Assembly (NCBI GenBank): GCA_030373045.1
Contig: JAUCPW010000002.1
Span: 16,985 to 80,984, forward strand
Direction of reading: 5' to 3'
Length of the DNA stretch: 64,000 nucleotides
Source: Candidatus Fermentibacter sp.
Lineage (GTDB): Bacteria; Fermentibacterota; Fermentibacteria; Fermentibacterales; Fermentibacteraceae
Part shown: one piece after another, positions 63,096 through 64,000 of the stretch
Numbering within the stretch: position 1 is the stretch's first letter
Layout of the letters: every line of letters starts with the position of its first letter
Notes under the pieces: model-generated
Databases searched by the model: none
What the model saw: the letters and a program-made list of their open reading frames with translations, nothing else
What the model was told of the DNA's origin: nothing
Position numbers and translations under genes: made by a program

Positions 63096-63956
63096 ATGGA
63101 AAACGGTGAGAGGATCGGGATAATAGGCGGCACCGGGCTCTACGCGCTCGATGGCATCGTAACGGAGGGTACCGTAGAGCCCGTGACCCCCTGCGGCTCC
63201 GTGTCCTCCCCGATCGTGCTCGCGTCGCTGGACGGAGTGAAGCTCGCATTCCTGGCCAGACACGGGACAGGGCACGTCCACTCCCCGTCCGAGGTCCCCT
63301 ATGCCGCCAACATTTACGCGCTCAAGGCGCTCGGCGTGCGCAGGATCATATCCGTCTCGGCCGTGGGGAGCCTGAAGAGCAAGATCGCCCCCCGCGACAT
63401 GGTCGTCCCCGACCAGCTCTGGGACAGGACGAAGGGAATCAGGAGGTCCACGTTCTTCGGCGGCGGCATCGTGGCCCACGTGTCCTTCGGCGAGCCGTAC
63501 TGCCCCTGCATGAGGGAGATACTGGCCGCGAGCGCCGTCGAGGCCGGAGCCAATGTGCATCCGAAGGGCGACTACGTCTGCATCGAGGGCCCCGCCTTCT
63601 CCACCAGGGCCGAGAGCAGGATCTACAGGGCGATGGGCTGCGACATCATCGGCATGACCGCCATTCCCGAGGCCAAGCTCGCACGCGAGGCCAACATGTG
63701 CTACTCGACCCTGGCCCTGGTCACCGACTACGACGCCTGGCACGAGAGCGAGGAGGAGGTCACGGTCGAGATGGTCGTGGCCAACATGAACGCGAACACG
63801 GCCCTGGCGGGCAGGGTGGTGGCCATCGCCGCAAGGGCCGCGGCCTCGCGAAAATTCACCTGCGGCTGCAGGGCCGCCTCGACGAACGCGGTGATGACGG
63901 CCCCCGACAGGCGCGATCCCGAGCGCATGGAGGAATTGAAGGTAGTGCTCTCGTGA
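63096..63956 (+). CDS. mtnP: S-methyl-5'-thioadenosine phosphorylase
   Basis: ATG after GGAGGAAG. Motifs IGIIGGTGLY, RHGTGH, AVGSL, GPAFSTRAES and GMTAIPEAKLAREA. Confidence 0.85.
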   Translation: MENGERIGIIGGTGLYALDGIVTEGTVEPVTPCGSVSSPIVLASLDGVKLAFLARHGTGHVHSPSEVPYAANIYALKALGVRRIISVSAVGSLKSKIAPRDMVVPDQLWDRTKGIRRSTFFGGGIVAHVSFGEPYCPCMREILAASAVEAGANVHPKGDYVCIEGPAFSTRAESRIYRAMGCDIIGMTAIPEAKLAREANMCYSTLALVTDYDAWHESEEEVTVEMVVANMNANTALAGRVVAIAARAAASRKFTCGCRAASTNAVMTAPDRRDPERMEELKVVLS

Positions 63957-64000
63957 ATGACGGGGGCGCATCCGGTCCGACGCTGTCCGGCATGGGCGAG

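Noticed and set aside
63953-64000. A possible next gene starting at a GTG that overlaps the mtnP stop.
   Set aside because: Only 16 codons are visible before the window ends, which is too short to support a call.

Overview
The window is very GC-rich (about two-thirds G+C by eye, not computed) and densely coding. It looks like a bacterial chromosome segment, probably from an uncultured member of the FCB superphylum. The evidence for that placement is a PorX-type REC-PglZ regulator, a DUF3098-like protein, TonB/OmpA-type outer-membrane proteins and the tilS-hpt-ftsH / folP-cdaA gene order.

Gene content in order:
- A NuoE/NuoF-like pair followed by a 1230-aa Fe-S/GltD/molybdopterin-like fusion protein, which resembles an electron-bifurcating (Bfu/Stn/Sfr-like) module.
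- An outer-membrane barrel protein.
- A cluster at about 8.5-17 kb with two B12-binding radical SAM enzymes, one SPASM-like radical SAM enzyme, three GT2 glycosyltransferases and one GT39/ArnT-like glycosyltransferase.
- Envelope proteins.
- Two two-component systems, one NtrC-like and one PorY/PorX-like.
- xth, a second ArnT-like protein, a Tim44/TerB protein and a LarA-like protein.
- tsaE-tsaB-(rimI fused to a purine nucleoside phosphorylase)-folC.
- A divergent tRNA-Val / ACT-repeat gene / tRNA(CAU) cassette.
- A translationally coupled operon: tilS-hpt-ftsH-folE-folP-cdaA plus a degenerate polyprenyl-synthase-like gene.
- An orphan radical SAM gene flanked by low-GC DNA.
- priA, an MtaD-like amidohydrolase, an M16 peptidase pair, two ABC exporters, cobO, rlmN and mtnP.

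The most unusual signals are non-coding:
- A family of low-GC structured intergenic elements has three copies in the window. Two of them form roughly 370-570-bp inverted arms around the tRNA cassette, and one arm carries a 96-bp tandem expansion.
- A 213-bp long-stem inverted-repeat element lies next to the priA stop codon.
- Two gene-junction direct duplications of 33-40 bp occur. One of them creates a coupled 28-codon uORF.

I saw no CRISPR array, rRNA, transposase or integrase. Many long ORFs in the six-frame track are antisense artefacts of high GC content and were not called.
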